A stretch of DNA of 64,000 nucleotides, from assembly GCA_050273025.1 (NCBI GenBank), contig CP158636.1, forward strand, positions 9,610,001 to 9,674,000. The letters are read 5' to 3'. The position numbers were made by a program, and so were the translations under genes. The notes under the pieces were generated by a model. It did no database searches and was not told the DNA's origin. It saw nothing but the letters and a program-made list of their open reading frames with translations. This document shows positions 22,529 through 36,949 of this stretch, piece after piece; within the stretch, counting starts at the first letter, position 1, and each line of letters begins with the position of its first letter. Source of the stretch: Cenococcum geophilum. Lineage: Eukaryota.

Positions 22529-25255
22529 TGTAACGGGACTAGCCCAGTTACAGTAGGAATGTCTCGGTAAAATACTCGACAGATGAATTCCAACGCTTTA
22601 ACCGAATTCTGCTAGCTTAATTGACTTCTACCGAAGTCCGTTAAAGACCGCGTGTGTACGTGCGCACGCATCGACCACCAAGCCCCTGACTATTTAATTA
22701 TATGATTCTCTTGTTATTCCCTTCTCTTTTTTACGCAACGTCTTGTTCTTAGCGAAAGCTATATACCCTTAGATTTAGATAGAATTTATATTATTCCTTT
22801 AAATCTTCCCTAAAGTCTCTCCGCGCCCTTATATTACGTTACGTTAATACTAATACCCTTAAAATAGTAAATAAACTTAAATCCACCACGTTAACTATTA
22901 TGGCCCTAGTTAGGGAATAAATAACGATAATATAATAGTCCTTTATAGATGCCTTAGCCTAGTAATAAACTATACTAGAAGCTTAGTATTAGTAATTAAT
23001 TAAAGTAATATATAAAGAACTCTATAATGCTAAAGTACTTATATTAGAAACCCTAATAGCAACACCTATAAATAAAATTAAAATAACTGTATATAAACCT
23101 AACCTATTAAATATAAACCCTAAACTGGTAATAGCAGCTTAACCTATACCTATAATAAACCTAGTACCTACTATAAAATCTAAAAAGCTCCTTAACCCTC
23201 TAATATTTAATAGAAATTAAAATAACCTACATCCCTTTATAACTAAGCTCCGTTTTAAACTTTTAATAAACTATAATTAATACCCTATTAAAGCTAGCAA
23301 GATTAGCTATAAAATGTTTTAATTAAGTAAAGACGCTATATAAACTATAGACCTATTCTTCTGTAATAGCACCTTTATTAATTTTAAAATCTTTATCTTT
23401 TTACTAGAATAAATATATAATAACGCTAGCCGCAAATATATAGCTATTACTAAACTTAAAAACTTATAATAACGGAACCGAGACTTTACTAGCTTCTTTT
23501 TGGAGTTTTTAGGCCTTATTAGTAAACTAAATTAGAATAAAGCCGCTAGAGTTACTACTCTTTATTAAGCTATCTTAGATAAAATTAGAGTATAGTTAGT
23601 AGGTAGAAAACTGCTAAAAAACTTACCCAAATTTATTATAATATGTTAACAAATTAATAAAGACCTTTAATATAATAAGTAAACCTTTTTTCTAAAGCTA
23701 ACTATACCTTACGTTTAAAACTTTATAAAACTAATATATACCTTAAAGCGCGATCCGTCTTTAAAACCTAAAAGCCCTATATATAACCCTATAGACCTTA
23801 ACGCCACTTAATTCTATATACCCTTAAGAACCAATAAATAAAGAATATAAGCCGTAAATAGAGAATATTTTGGATATAGAAAAAAGGGATATATTTAAAG
23901 AGATTACCAAACTTACCCTTTTAAAAAAAGTCCGCTATAGCTCCTCTTAGTCCTTAAGTCGCACTTATTTTATAAATTATACTTATTCTATAAATTATAC
24001 TTAGTCGCTATAAAGTATTTTACCTTTAGTTAATTTAGAAAATAAATTATCCTAGGGCTAGGTTACGCCTTAGGATAAGAAGTGGAAGAGTATAAGTGTC
24101 TAGGCTCTTCTAGCGCTAATATATAATATAACTCCCTTAATATACTTAGCGAAATTTAAATACTTAAAAAATAGAAGAAAGTATAAATTCTTATAGATAG
24201 CGGAGCTACTAGTATAGGCTTTATTAATATAAACTACGCAAAAACTTAACGCTTAAATTTAAAGAAACTCAATAAGCTCTAAGGCCTATAAGGCTTTAAT
24301 AGTAAGCCTTTAATATACGGCGAACTAACGTACTACGCTCTTATAAAGATGCGGATAGGTAAACACCTTAAATATATTTCCCTATTTATAATACCCTTAA
24401 AGCATTATAAGGTAATACTTAGATATAAATAGCTAAAATAATACAACCCTTTAATTAGCTAGGTTAAAGAAATACTAAAATTCTATATAACCTACTGCTA
24501 AAGTTATTACTTAAAATACTACTTACCTTATGAATATGCATACGACTATTTAAATTTAATATAATATAAATTACCCTTACTATAAACCCTAAACTAATAT
24601 AAGAAAGTTATAACTACTAATTATAGTAAGGAATGCGAAGATAATATATTAAAACCCCTTAAAATTTGTATAATATAAGCCGCACCCTTTTATTTATTAG
24701 CAAGAAAATAAGACTATAAGATCTTTACTATAATACTAAAAGATATTAAGAAGGCGTTAAAACCGAAGCAATATATTAACCCCTAACCTCTTATACCTAA
24801 AGAATATTACAATCTAATTAATATATTTAAGAAACGATTTATAGACTAACTACCCCTATATTAAGATAAGTATAATTTTAAAATAGAACTTAAACCTAGT
24901 ATAATACTAAAGTTTGGCCTATTATACGGTATGTTATAAGAAGAGCTGCTAGTAATATAATAATACCTTAAAGAGTACCTAGAGAAAGAATTTATTTGCC
25001 CTAGTTAATTACTATTTACCCTATTTATATTATTTATTAAGAAACCTAAAGAAGGCTTAAGGTTCTGTGTTAATTATTAAGCCCTAAATATAATTATAAT
25101 TTAAAACCGATATCTAATTCCTTTACTTTAAGAAACGCTTAATTACTTAGTAAAAGTATAATACTTTACAAATCTTAACGTAGTTACTGCCTTTAATTAA
25201 ATCCGTATTTGCGAAGGAGATAAAAAGTATATAGCTTTCCGTATATAATGGGGAC

Positions 25256-28200
25256 TATTAGGAATAAAGGTAAGTGGTTACCATATAAGGCAAATTGCCA
25301 TTACGGGTAGCAAGTTGCCGTTACGTGCGGCAAGTTGCCATCACGTGTTGCCGCGGCAGTAGCGTGGCAAGGAGCCTTAAGCTCCTTACCCTCCCTAATA
25401 TATACAAGAACAACAATTATTATACTATCTATGAACCGTAGCTATATAATATCCCCTTATATAACTAATACTAATTAGTGGTTAACTTTACTATTATACT
25501 ATAGAATAGCTAGGTATTTTACTAAGAAGAGACAAGCTACTATACCAGTGCTACTTGTGCTAAAGGAAGCTATCTTTTAAGATTAGAACTGGTTCTAAAC
25601 CTTAAATAGAACTCTTCTATAAATCTAAGGATTTAAAGGCCAGAACTAGTCCTAAGCCTTTCTAAGATTATAGATTCTTGCGTCCATTACGCAGAATAAC
25701 ACGCTTTATAAGTCTTCGCGATTTAAGGCTAGAACTAGTCCTAAGCCCTATAACCGCAAATATACGTTATAAACGCGTACTAAATAATAAATATATATTA
25801 CGAACACGTACTAAACAATAATCCCTATACTAATAATACTTCCCTCCCTCCGAAAACATAGCTACGCCTACCTTAAATAACTAGAAAGACTCCTTACCAC
25901 TAGGGGTAGCTAAGTACGCGAAACTTATTAATAAAGATTAGGACGAATTCGCCTTTAATATAATAACTTATACCGCAAAATAAGTTAACGGCTTTCTTCT
26001 ACACTATATTATATTCTACTAAAATAGATACTACGCTAACTTATAACTATAGGAGTATTTTAGGGAGGATTTTATAGGATGGACTACTAATACCTAGGCA
26101 CTTAGCAACGTTAATATTATTTAGGACTTTTAAGACTTCCTTTATAGGAATAAGGTATATATTACTAAGAACAGTAACCTAATTACTAGTAATATTTAGG
26201 CCGTTATTACTAGTATAGAAGAACTAATATAGATAGAAGCTAAGATTATACGTTAACTATAGAAACCTAAAAACAACCTATATTCTTTAGAAGGCAACTT
26301 TAATTTATATTAAAACCCCTAAAATACTAACCCCCTACCTAAAGCTGCTCTCCTATCTAAAGGTGCTCTCCTACTTAGAATTACTCCACTTCTACCTCCT
26401 CTACTCTAGCTAACCGGTAAGTCTTTACTATAAGAAGTTACAAATCTAATAAAGGTATATTTAGATGAAGAGAAAAAGTTTAGAGGAGAACTATATAATA
26501 TACTTAGAGTAAAACTATAGGTCTTTTATAACTGTTATAATAAGGTTAGAATTTAACGCCACTAGTACTATTACGCTTTCTCTGTTATATTAAAGGGACG
26601 GGCGGTAATATTCTATTACGACTATATTACGGGTAAAAACTATAACTTTAATATAATGCTTTAGCTCACTAGAGCCCACTTTAAGACTAATAAGAATTGC
26701 TAACTTTATATATCTAAATAGCGGGAGACTATATTTTAGAGAGTTATTACTTCTAACCTAATAAAGACTTATTTAGAGTGCCTTTAACTACTCTTTAATA
26801 AACTTTAGAAAATCTAATATAGCCTTATTAAAACTTACTAAAATAAAAATAGCCTAAGGGACTAGGTTATTTTAGTATACTATAGCGTTCCTAAGTATAA
26901 CTTAGCGCTATATAAACCTATAAATACGTTTAAAGGAGTATATACTAAGCTATGCTTTACTATAGGTACTATAATATAAATATAAGAATCTTAATAGTTC
27001 TATACTAAAAACCTTACCTAACTAAGTATTCCCAACCAATATAATTATAACTAGACTAATTAAATATATAGTGGCCGCGGTAGGGAATATAGAAGAGGGT
27101 ATAATTAATATTAACTATAAGGTAATTATAGAGGTCCTTATAAAGGTTTATTTTAAAGTAATTGCTAAAAGAAATGCTACGTTTATAAGAAGCCAAATTG
27201 CTAGTTAACTAGACACTCCCTTAATAAGCGAAAAGAGGTATATAATAAGTTCTATTAAAGTGCAAGAAATATTAGAAATTATAAGGTTATTATAGCCTAC
27301 TTTTAAAGCTTCCTGGTTTAATATAAAGGCGTAGAAAACCTTAAGGGTAAGGTTAATAAGACCAAATAGCTCCTTATAGATATAGAAATTGAGGACTACT
27401 TACCTAACTAATACTTTACTAAGTATAGTAAGGTAAATGGCACACAAACCGTCGCTATCCTTAATGACTAATCTACGCTCTATTCTATTATAAAGTTAAA
27501 TATCTTTAATAAGCTAAAGGAGAGCTCCACGTTTTCCTTTAATAATAGATACTCGGCGAACGTCTTCTATAATATTATACCGGATACTAGAGCCGCAGGA
27601 GTATCTATAGTAGGAGAACCTTAAGTTTAAGCCCTTTAGCAGCTTAATAGCTCTATTTAGATTAACTATTTAACGGCAGGCTAGTATACAATTTGTTTTA
27701 GTAAAGGTACTATAATTTCTCTTAGCATAATTAGGGTTTAAACCCCCTTAGGGTATATTAGTTTTCACATTATTCCTATAAACACTCCGTTTCTATTTTG
27801 CATTAAAGATATAAATAAGTTAGGCGTTAGGCTTAATAACCTTAAGAATATACTTATTCAGGGAGATAATTAGGTACCTATTATACGCAAGTAGGGTTAC
27901 CCCTAGTTGCTCCTTTATTAACTAGAAAAGAGTATTACTTAAAGCCACTTAATTAAGTTAGAATTACGCCAACTACACCGTCGTTTTGGCCACCTATCTG
28001 TTTATTAATTGCTTAGGGTTCTTTAGCGAGTAGGCTATAAAGTTAAGGTTAAGACAATTAAGCATCTTATAAAGTATTGCTATTACTACTAAATAAACTA
28101 GAAGTCCCCTAGCCGATTTAAGTTTACCCTTAAAAATAACTATAACTTTAACTTCTATATTATTATTAACGTTATATATCTTAGTGGCAAGCTAATATTC

Positions 28201-31200
28201 TAAGTTATTAACTTCTTAACCTCCTTCTAAGCCGCGCGTTTTTTAAAAGATATATTAGCCAGAAACGCATAGAAGACCCTTTAGTTATACTGGATTAATA
28301 TCTATTTAGGACCCCCTAATTAAATCGTCTATAATATAGAAAAGAACTTCTTATCTATAAAGTTTTAATAATAGATAAAGGTAATAGCAATTAAGGTTAA
28401 GGAAGTCCCTATTAAGGCATATAATAGTATTAGAAAAGTAAAACGATATTATACGCCATTACGCCGCGTATATAAGATTATCTCTTTAGAACTAAAGGAC
28501 GCTAGCAAAGAACTTACCTTATAAATGGCTATTAAAGCTATTAATAATTCTGCTAGCCCGGATAGACTTATACCTATATTACTAGTCTTAGCCATCAAAA
28601 CCGGACTCTGCACCTATACGTGGTGACGGCTACAAACCTAGTCTTTAAAGTTTAGATCTAGAGCCAACGTAGAGACGTCACATAGCGCGTGCTAGTGGGC
28701 CTAGTGGTGGTTGTGTACGTCATAGGGCGTAGTGAAAAGTTTTCACATAGGATGGTAAGATCTCGAAAACCACTATAGACGGTACTGTGAGGCAGTATTG
28801 CCAGGGTGTACGGTAGGGAGCAGGCAAGCCGAGCATGAGTCACATAGGGAGTCGATGGAAGAGGACGATATGGTAATGAGGGTAGGCAATAGCCTGAGTA
28901 CAGAGAGAGAGACGAACCGATGAGGGAGGAAGGAGGCTGCAAGCCCGAGGAGCTTATAAGGGGTGGCCAAGGCCTAGCCGAAGGCTAGCCTTGGCAGCCT
29001 CTGAGAGCTCCCGGGATGTAGCCGAGTAAGGGACCAAAAGTACCCTTACAGGTACCCCTTTACAATACAGCCATTACTGTTCCCCTACTAAGCACCTATA
29101 CAATCCAATATGGATATATAGCATTTAATAGCATCCCCTAACCCCTAATAGAAAGCATTAACGACCTTATATTAACGAATAAGCAATTGCAAACGAGTAA
29201 CGAGTAAATATACGGCCCCTTTTAACTCCTAGGGCGATCGCCCGCGGAGCATACGGTCACTCGCCGCCTTACTACCGTACTAACTAGCAGCCGGATTATA
29301 AGATATAGTTTTCCTCGTCTCCTCTTAACAAAGTAGTAACCCTTAGAGAGGGCCTAGCAACCGGGGCCTAGGCATAAAAGATCCCTAGAGTACATATATA
29401 CACATCCCGCTTGCTATTTAGTATTAAGTAGTTAGAACAGATAAATCCCCCTTACGCCTTTAATAGGCCCTAGGGGGGGGGGAGGCATAGCGTATATGGT
29501 AATAGTTAAACAAGAGATAGTATACGGGGGATGGCTAAGATATAGGAAATAACAGTATAGCAGTTAATTGGTAAGGCTTAGCTGGGACGTAGTAAACCCC
29601 AGCTGGGATAAGCTAGAGAAGGAAGCAGTAGTTCCTAAGGAGTTTAAACATCTAAGGAGGATAGGACGTAGCCGTAGGCCTATAGGGCCGCCGCTACGGA
29701 CGGACATGGCAAAACAGGGGTTTTTTATCCTACTGAGGTAGCTCATAGGGTTTTTCCGTCCCCTACATCAACAAGGGTTTTCTTCTTATCAATTTATAAG
29801 TTTCCCTTGTATACGGAGTAGTCTGCGTAGGCCTATATAGGATCCGTATCAGACGTTAATTAAAGAACTTACTACTATTACTAGTCTTTAGCGCCTACCC
29901 TTAAATAACTAACAATTCTTTACTATCTCCCTTTGTTATATAATAAGCCAAGGCTATTTGCAAGGCAATAAAGAAGGTGCAATATCTCTACGCTATACGC
30001 TAGGTTAACGACGTACTAGGAATAAGAAATAGCCTAAATACCTTAACTACGCTTAATCTGCCACTCTAGTCTAAGGTACGCGTATAGCGTAAAAAAGGAG
30101 GATAGTTAGGCCTACACTAACTTATTATAATTAATAGTTAAACTTATACTATTTAAATGCCTTACAGACCTACTTAATTCCGTTTAACTGTTATTAAGCC
30201 TTACTATAAAGATAATAATTCCAAGCCTTTACAGGATACCCTAAAAGATGCCCTAGAAGAGAACTATAATTAATATACTTTAGAAGGCAACTACAATCCC
30301 AATATAATTGTAGTAGATACGCCACAACCACGACGCGGTAGAGGTCGCCCGAAGGGATCATAAAATCGCCAATATCTTATTAATTTTGAAGAATAATTTA
30401 TTGCCGCCATTAAGAATAGAGTCAAGTTATTAATGGCCTTTATAATAGCTAAGGAGAAGGCTGACTTTAAACTCGTAAAATAGCTCTAAAAGGAAGGTCA
30501 TATTATAACTCCAGGAGCTCCTTTTTAAGCATCCGATAAGTAGGAGATCAATAGTCTTATTATAAGAGGAGTCTTTAAATTCAAAAAGTATAACCCTACT
30601 AAGTTTAATAGAGTTCGTATCTTTAAGTTAAAAATAGTTAATGAGATTAAGGGCAAAGCTACTAACGCCCTATTTAAGAAATTAAGGCTTATTATCTAAG
30701 GCTATAATAACGATAGTAAGGAGGTAATTCTTATGTAGTCTCCTACGATTTAATAAGCTAGTTAGTGAGTTATTATTACGCTAGCTCCCTTCTTAATAAA
30801 GAATAGAATAGCGGTTTATTTGTGAGATATTACTTAAGCCTACACCTAATTAGAGACGCACCTTTAGCGCTTAATATTAGCATACCTTTTAGAGTAAATT
30901 CACTACCAGTATCCTAAAGATATAATTATAGTTGTGCTTAAGCCATTATATAGGATTGTAGAGGTAGGAACTTACTAGTAGGCTACCTATAGTAAGCACT
31001 ATAAAGAGAAGCTTTTGATAACTACTTCTATATTTAATCCCTACTTCCTTATTATAACTATAGGAACTCTATTTAGAATTATCGGCATATAAACTAATAA
31101 TATAATTATCTTAGGAGATGACTAATTCTTAGCTTTTAAAGAAGACGAGCTAGTGAAGGTAAATCTTATGGTAAAGCTAAAGGAAAAGCTTAGTTTAATA

Positions 31201-32652
31201 ATACTATTACTCTTTAATAGATGCATCCTCTCCCTAAACGAGGATTCTATTGCTCTGCGCTAGAAGGGTTAAGGTAAAAAAATTGACGTTATTAACGCTA
31301 ATTCTTTAAAGTAAGGATATATGGAGTAACGCGCTTGCGGAGCTTATATTGCTTCTATCTATTAACCTAAGACTTTATTTAATCTCTCTGTTGCCGCCTA
31401 ATACTAGGAATTAACTAAGGATGATATCCTTGCCCTAAATAAGCGTCTTTTCTAGCAAATAAACTATCTTAATTAGGGACTACTCTATATACCTATTAAT
31501 CTTCCTACCGCCAAGCTCTTTATATTTGTTAATAGATTGTTTATAAATAATAAAGATTTTAGCTCCTAGTTAGGATATAAGATTATTATTATAAACGAAT
31601 TTACTAGAGAGAATAACTTTATAATCTATAGCAATCTTATCTATTAGAGCTTAACTAAAAGTAAGCGTATTACCTAAAGTGTTTTAGCGTTAGAGATATA
31701 TGGAATAGTTAGCGGAGTTAATATAGCAATTGCAATTAGAACTACCCTAAAGATAATTATAGATTAACTCGAACTTCCCGTTATCCCTATAATCGTATAT
31801 ACTGACTTATATTCCCTCTATAAGTGTTTAGTTAAGCTTAGTACCACAAAGGAGAAGCGCTTTATAATTAATATTATAGCACTTTAGCAATCCTATAAGC
31901 GTTAAAAACTCTTTAAGATTTAATAGATTAATAGCTAAGATAACCCAGTAGATATAATAATAAAGGCGAACCTAAACAAGGTACTAGAGACGTTTATTAA
32001 TATAAATACTCTACGTATATAAGTTAAAGGTTAGGTTAAAAGGGAGTCCCTAGAAATTTCTTAGTCACATAAGGTCTTAAGATGTCCAGGAACTTTAACC
32101 GGCGGTTAAAGTTGTCTAATTGGTTAGATTCTCTTACTAAGACTTTTTAGAGCATAATATTCTATAGACCCTAACTTAACCTAGCCAATTAGGATTTTTT
32201 ATCCCCGGGATAGAAAATCGCTATTAGCTTGCTTACTACTAGCGCCTTAGCGGCCCTTTAAATAAAATATCTACCTATAACTGCTAAGTAAGAAAGCACT
32301 ACGTGCTAAGAGGCAAATTTTAGGATAGCGAGACTTATATTATAATAGCAATAGTAAGTAAAAAGAATTAATATTTATTACGCTAGTTAAGCGGTATATA
32401 TATATATAGATAGCAACTATAAAAGAAGAGTTGCTAGTGTTGGGAATAAAGGTAAGTGGTTACTATATAAGGCAAATTGCTATTATGGGTGGCAAGTTGC
32501 CGTTACATACGGCAAGTTGCCGTCACGTGTCGCCGCGGCAGTAGCGTGGCAAGGAGCCTTAAGCTCCTCGCCCTCCCTAATATATATAAGAACAATAATT
32601 ATCATACTATCTATAAACCGTAGCTATGTAATATCCCCTTATATAACCAATA
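25256..32652 (+). mobile_element. Full-length RIP-degraded Ty1/Copia element (GalEa-like), nested in the Gypsy A RT
   Basis: 215-bp LTRs at 25256-25470 and 32438-32652; TSD GGGAC at 25251-25255 and 32653-32657. Domain order is PR (PDTGAAGVS), IN (LHRRFGHP; VERYHAPLRRAY), RT, RNase H. The clade call is from motif recall. Confidence 0.92.
28590..29875 (+). mobile_element. Short non-LTR retroposon (internally deleted LINE or SINE-like), 1286 bp
   Basis: 13-bp TSD TATTACTAGTCTT at 28577-28589 and 29876-29888. The 3' end AATTAAAGAACTTACTAC is tail-like. No TIR or LTR; the host Copia frame resumes afterwards. Confidence 0.8.
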
Positions 32653-35339
32653 GGGACTTTTTAAATACCTAGTAATGCCGTTTAGTATAAAGAACGGTCC
32701 TAGTATATTTTAGTAATATATTAATAATACGCTTCGCAAATTCCTTAATATATTTATTACTGCGTATATTAATAATATCTTAATCTAGTTGTCTTTACTT
32801 TCTAAATATTAGAAGTATATCTAAATGGTTTTTAAACGCCTATGGGACGCGGGCTTATAGTGTGATGTTGAGAAATGTAGGTTTTATGCGTCTAAAGTTA
32901 CGTACTTAGGCCTAATTATATCCTATAATGGAATTAAAATAAACCCTAAAAAAATCGCTATAATTATAAACGGGGAAAGTTTTAGTAGTATATAAAACAT
33001 CTAAGGATTTCTAGGATTTATAAATTTCTACTATTAATTTATTAATTACTTCTTAAAAATTGTTTAGCTATTAGTAAACTTAATAAGGAAGAACATAAGA
33101 TTTAAATGGACTACTAAATATAAATAAGCTTTTAATAACCTAAAATATCGTTTTATAACTGCTTTAATTCTTACCTACTTTAACCTAGACCTTAAATATA
33201 TTATTAAAACAGACTTACCTAATTATACACTAGGAGGAGTATTATTATAATATAATAAGAACGGTGAGTTACGCCTAGTAGCCTTTCTTTTCCAGAAACT
33301 TACCCCTACTAAATTAAACTATAAGATATATAATAAGGAACTACTTATAATTTAACTTTAAAATTATATACTAACCTAGCAAACTTAATTAGAAGCCTAA
33401 TTTATTAATATAATAATTATAGGACTTACCTACGAGCGCCTTTAATAAACAGATTATAAATTAATTATAAATTCTACTACCCCTTAAACGCTTTAAGAAA
33501 CTACGCCCTATATTTTTAGACGCGGAGCTTAATAGGAATAAATTAGAAATTAATAAATAAGATATAAAAATTAATAAATTAATAGAGCACAAATATAAGA
33601 ACAACCCTTAAATAGTAAATATAATAAAAGCGATTTAAATAGGGAAACGGTAATATAAGGATATTATACTTACTAAATGCGAAATCTGTAATAATTAGTT
33701 ATACTATTAATAGAAGATAGTAGTCCCAAATTCTAAACCCTTATAATTTAAGATACTTAAATTTATATACGATTCCCCTATAGTAGGGCACCCTAGCTAT
33801 ATAAAGACCTATAAGATTATCTAATAAGTATATTACTGGCCTATAATGCACGACTATATATAAAAATACGTTTAAGCATATAAAATATGCGTGTGTAGGA
33901 AGACCTCTTATATAAAGAAGTAAGGAGTACTTTAACTATTGCCAATTCTAATATAAAGATGGCGAGATATCTTAATTAACTTTATAGTTAACCTGCCTAA
34001 CAGTAATAGGTTTATAAATATTATAGTAGTTATTAACCGTCTTATAAAAATATAATATATAGTTTCTATAGACTTAATTAATATAATATTAGTAGCTAAA
34101 TGTTTTATTAAGTACGTTTTTAAGCTATATAAACTTTCTAATTTAATAATATCTAACCACGGAAGCCAGTTCGTTTTAGACTTCTAGTAAGCCCTATATA
34201 AATAATTAAGTATATAAACACAACTCTTAACTATATTTTATTTAGAGATAGACGGTTAAACTAAAATTATAAACGCGATTATAGAATAATATTTATAAAT
34301 ATACTACTCCTACCTACAAAACAACTGGGAAAAGTAGCTACCTTTAACTAAGTTTACTATAAATAATATAAGGAATAAATTAATAGGCGTAACGCCGTTT
34401 TACGCAATCTACAGATAAGACCCTTAATTTAGATTTAAACTATAACCTAAAATTAATACGATAGGACCTATAATTAAGAGGATTTAACTAATTAACGTAT
34501 ATAACTTTACTAATTAAATAAAGTAGTTAATGGAACTATTATAAAGTAAATTAGCGTACGCTTAAATGGTATAGGAATAGCATATAAATAAAGGATAAGC
34601 TCCTATATAGGACTTTAAGGAAGGTAATATGGTTTACCTATAGAGACAGTTAAACTTCTCTTATATAACTGGTTCCGGTTATAGCCGCCAACCTAAGCAG
34701 CCGCCGCTTTAACCTAAGTTGAGCATAAGCGAACCCTAAGTTATGGCTTAGCGGACTAAGCGGAGGCTGCGTAGCATAAGCAGCCCCCTGTTTAGCGTGG
34801 ATAGGGGGCTATTTTAGACCTCCTTAAAGCCGGCTGTTCTTATCTAATTGCGAATCCTTTAAGTAAGGGTAACCAAAATCAACTATATCTTACGAAAAGT
34901 TCCCAGAAACTGCCTCCATTCTTTATAAACACTTAACTTCTTATCCGCATAGATAGTATTCTAGAAACTACAAAGCGAAAATATACAATTACTATAGACT
35001 GCATTTGCTTTTATTATTGGTGTTTAGTTCTCTTATAGTTCTCCTATTAACAATAGGATAGTTTAGTATAGATCGTTTCCTACGCTCTTTTACGCCCGGC
35101 GCAACCGCGAAGCAGAAGGGCTTTAACGCCAAAGTAAATCCTATAATGCCGCTGGCTAAGAATTAAATCCCTTAGTCCTTATAAGTGACTTAAAGGCGAG
35201 CCCCTTAATAGAAGACCGCCATTAGCCTACTCTATCTGCTATAATAGCTAAGCAACAGCCTCCGGTAGAGCGACGGTGGGGTCTAAGTATATAGTCGGCA
35301 AAGGACAGCAGCGGGTTAGCGTATTAAGGTTTTCTTTAG

Positions 35340-36100
35340 GCTAAGCAAGCAGTAGAGGATCTATATTAAGCAGAGAGCAACGGTTATAATTAAAGAGCGT
35401 TAGCCTTCGCGAACGGAGCTAAATTATAGTAAGACACTATTAGCCTTAACGGGCTAGTAGGATAGTATAGAGTAGAGTTAAGCTCTAGATAAGAATAACT
35501 TAGGGATATCCTTGCGCTAGTATAATTAACTTAAAGCTAGGTTATATAGACCTAACCTAAAGAGCATATATTAGGGTAGGGTTAGACACGTCCGGTATAT
35601 AGAAGCTAATTAAGTGTAGCAAATTTATATAAATATAATTAATAGATAGCTATAGGATTGGATACAATAAATAGCGGCACTCCTCTAGGCTAAGTAATTA
35701 GTATATAGATCTATTCTGATTTAAGAGTAACGGTTACAATTAAAGGCATTAGCCTTTTATAAGAGGGTAGAGCTAAGCTATAGCGAGATAGTGCTAGCCT
35801 TAACGGGCTAGCAGAGCGGCGTAGAATTTATATAAATATGGCTTAGTAATGGCGGTTATAGCATTGGCAATAAACGCAATAATAGGATTGGACAGCTTTA
35901 CTTTTTAGTAGTTAATTAAGTGGGGTAAATTTATACAAGCGTGCCTAACAGAGCTACAGTACTAAACTAGATTACTTAATAACAGCATTATTTAGACCTA
36001 GTAACGCCGTAGGATTTATATAAAATAGAGGATAACTAGGTATAATTAGACGGAGCTAATCCTTATAAGTTAAGAGAATGGAGCTAAATTATAGTTTTAA
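35340..36100 (+). repeat. Degenerate ~360-bp tandem duplication within a probable RIP-degraded gene
   Basis: GATCTAT...AACGGTTA.AATTAAAG...TAGCCTTAACGGGCTAG recurs at ~35358-35458 and ~35708-35811, with a weaker third copy near 36050. Confidence 0.6.
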
Positions 36101-36949
36101 TAGAGTATAAGTAAATTAGGCGGCCTTTATAGATTAACTAAATAAACCAAAGTCGCGTAAAGACAGTAAGGTAAATAAATAAACCTAAATTGGACTATAC
36201 TAGCCTAATATTCGCCTTATTAAATAATTAATATTAAATATAAAGTTAATAATAAGGTATAAACCTAGCTTAAATAATACTACTTTTATAGTACTATTAC
36301 GCAAAGACTCTAAACTACTAAGTTAATTAGGATTAGAGGGAACCCCATTTCTCGCATGTAAAGGGATTTATAGTATAGCAGTTAGAATTACCCTAGGTAA
36401 GAGTATAGCGTATAAACTACCTTTAGGAATCTAAATAGATTAAGTGCTCTAAGAAAATACATCTATAACTACTTAAGGGATTAGGGGAATTAGATAATAG
36501 AATTTCTATAGGTATTAAAATTATGGTTACCTAAGTTAGAATAGGATTAAATTTAGAAAGTCTCTAATTCTAGTAACGTGTTTTATTATTTAGGAAATTA
36601 CAAGTCTAAATATATAGCATTTAAGAGCATGGCTAAAACAATCCCTATAATATAGTTGCAAAGTCGTAATAATTATATTAGTATTTTAACCCTAAATTTT
36701 ATAATAACTGTAATCCTCCTCTACGGGCAAATAGGCTATATATTATAATTAAATATTAATAAGCTTAAAAGTGTTCTTATACTACTGCAATCTTACGTTT
36801 AAGGCTAAGGCTAAATAAGTCATTATTACTAAGTACCCTTTTACGCTATACCTAATAGGTACTAGTTATCGCATTCTTTAAGACTTTTAGCCTTCTAGCC
36901 CCCTACTTAACTAAGTTCTACCTTTTATATCCTTCCACTAGCTTTAAAC

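Larger units (their letters stand above)
22529..34640 (+). mobile_element. RIP-degraded Ty3/Gypsy retrotransposon A (5' LTR 22529-22833, gag, PR, RT, RNase H, IN), split by the 25256-32652 insertion and cut off at 34640
   Basis: De-RIP motifs: gag KLPDPPMF, protease LVDSGAT (~24190), RT GLFEYLVMPFG rejoined across the insertion, YIDDIL (~32765), integrase HDSP.AGHPG, SDHGSQF and TDGQTE. It ends at DFKEGDMVYL. Confidence 0.92.
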
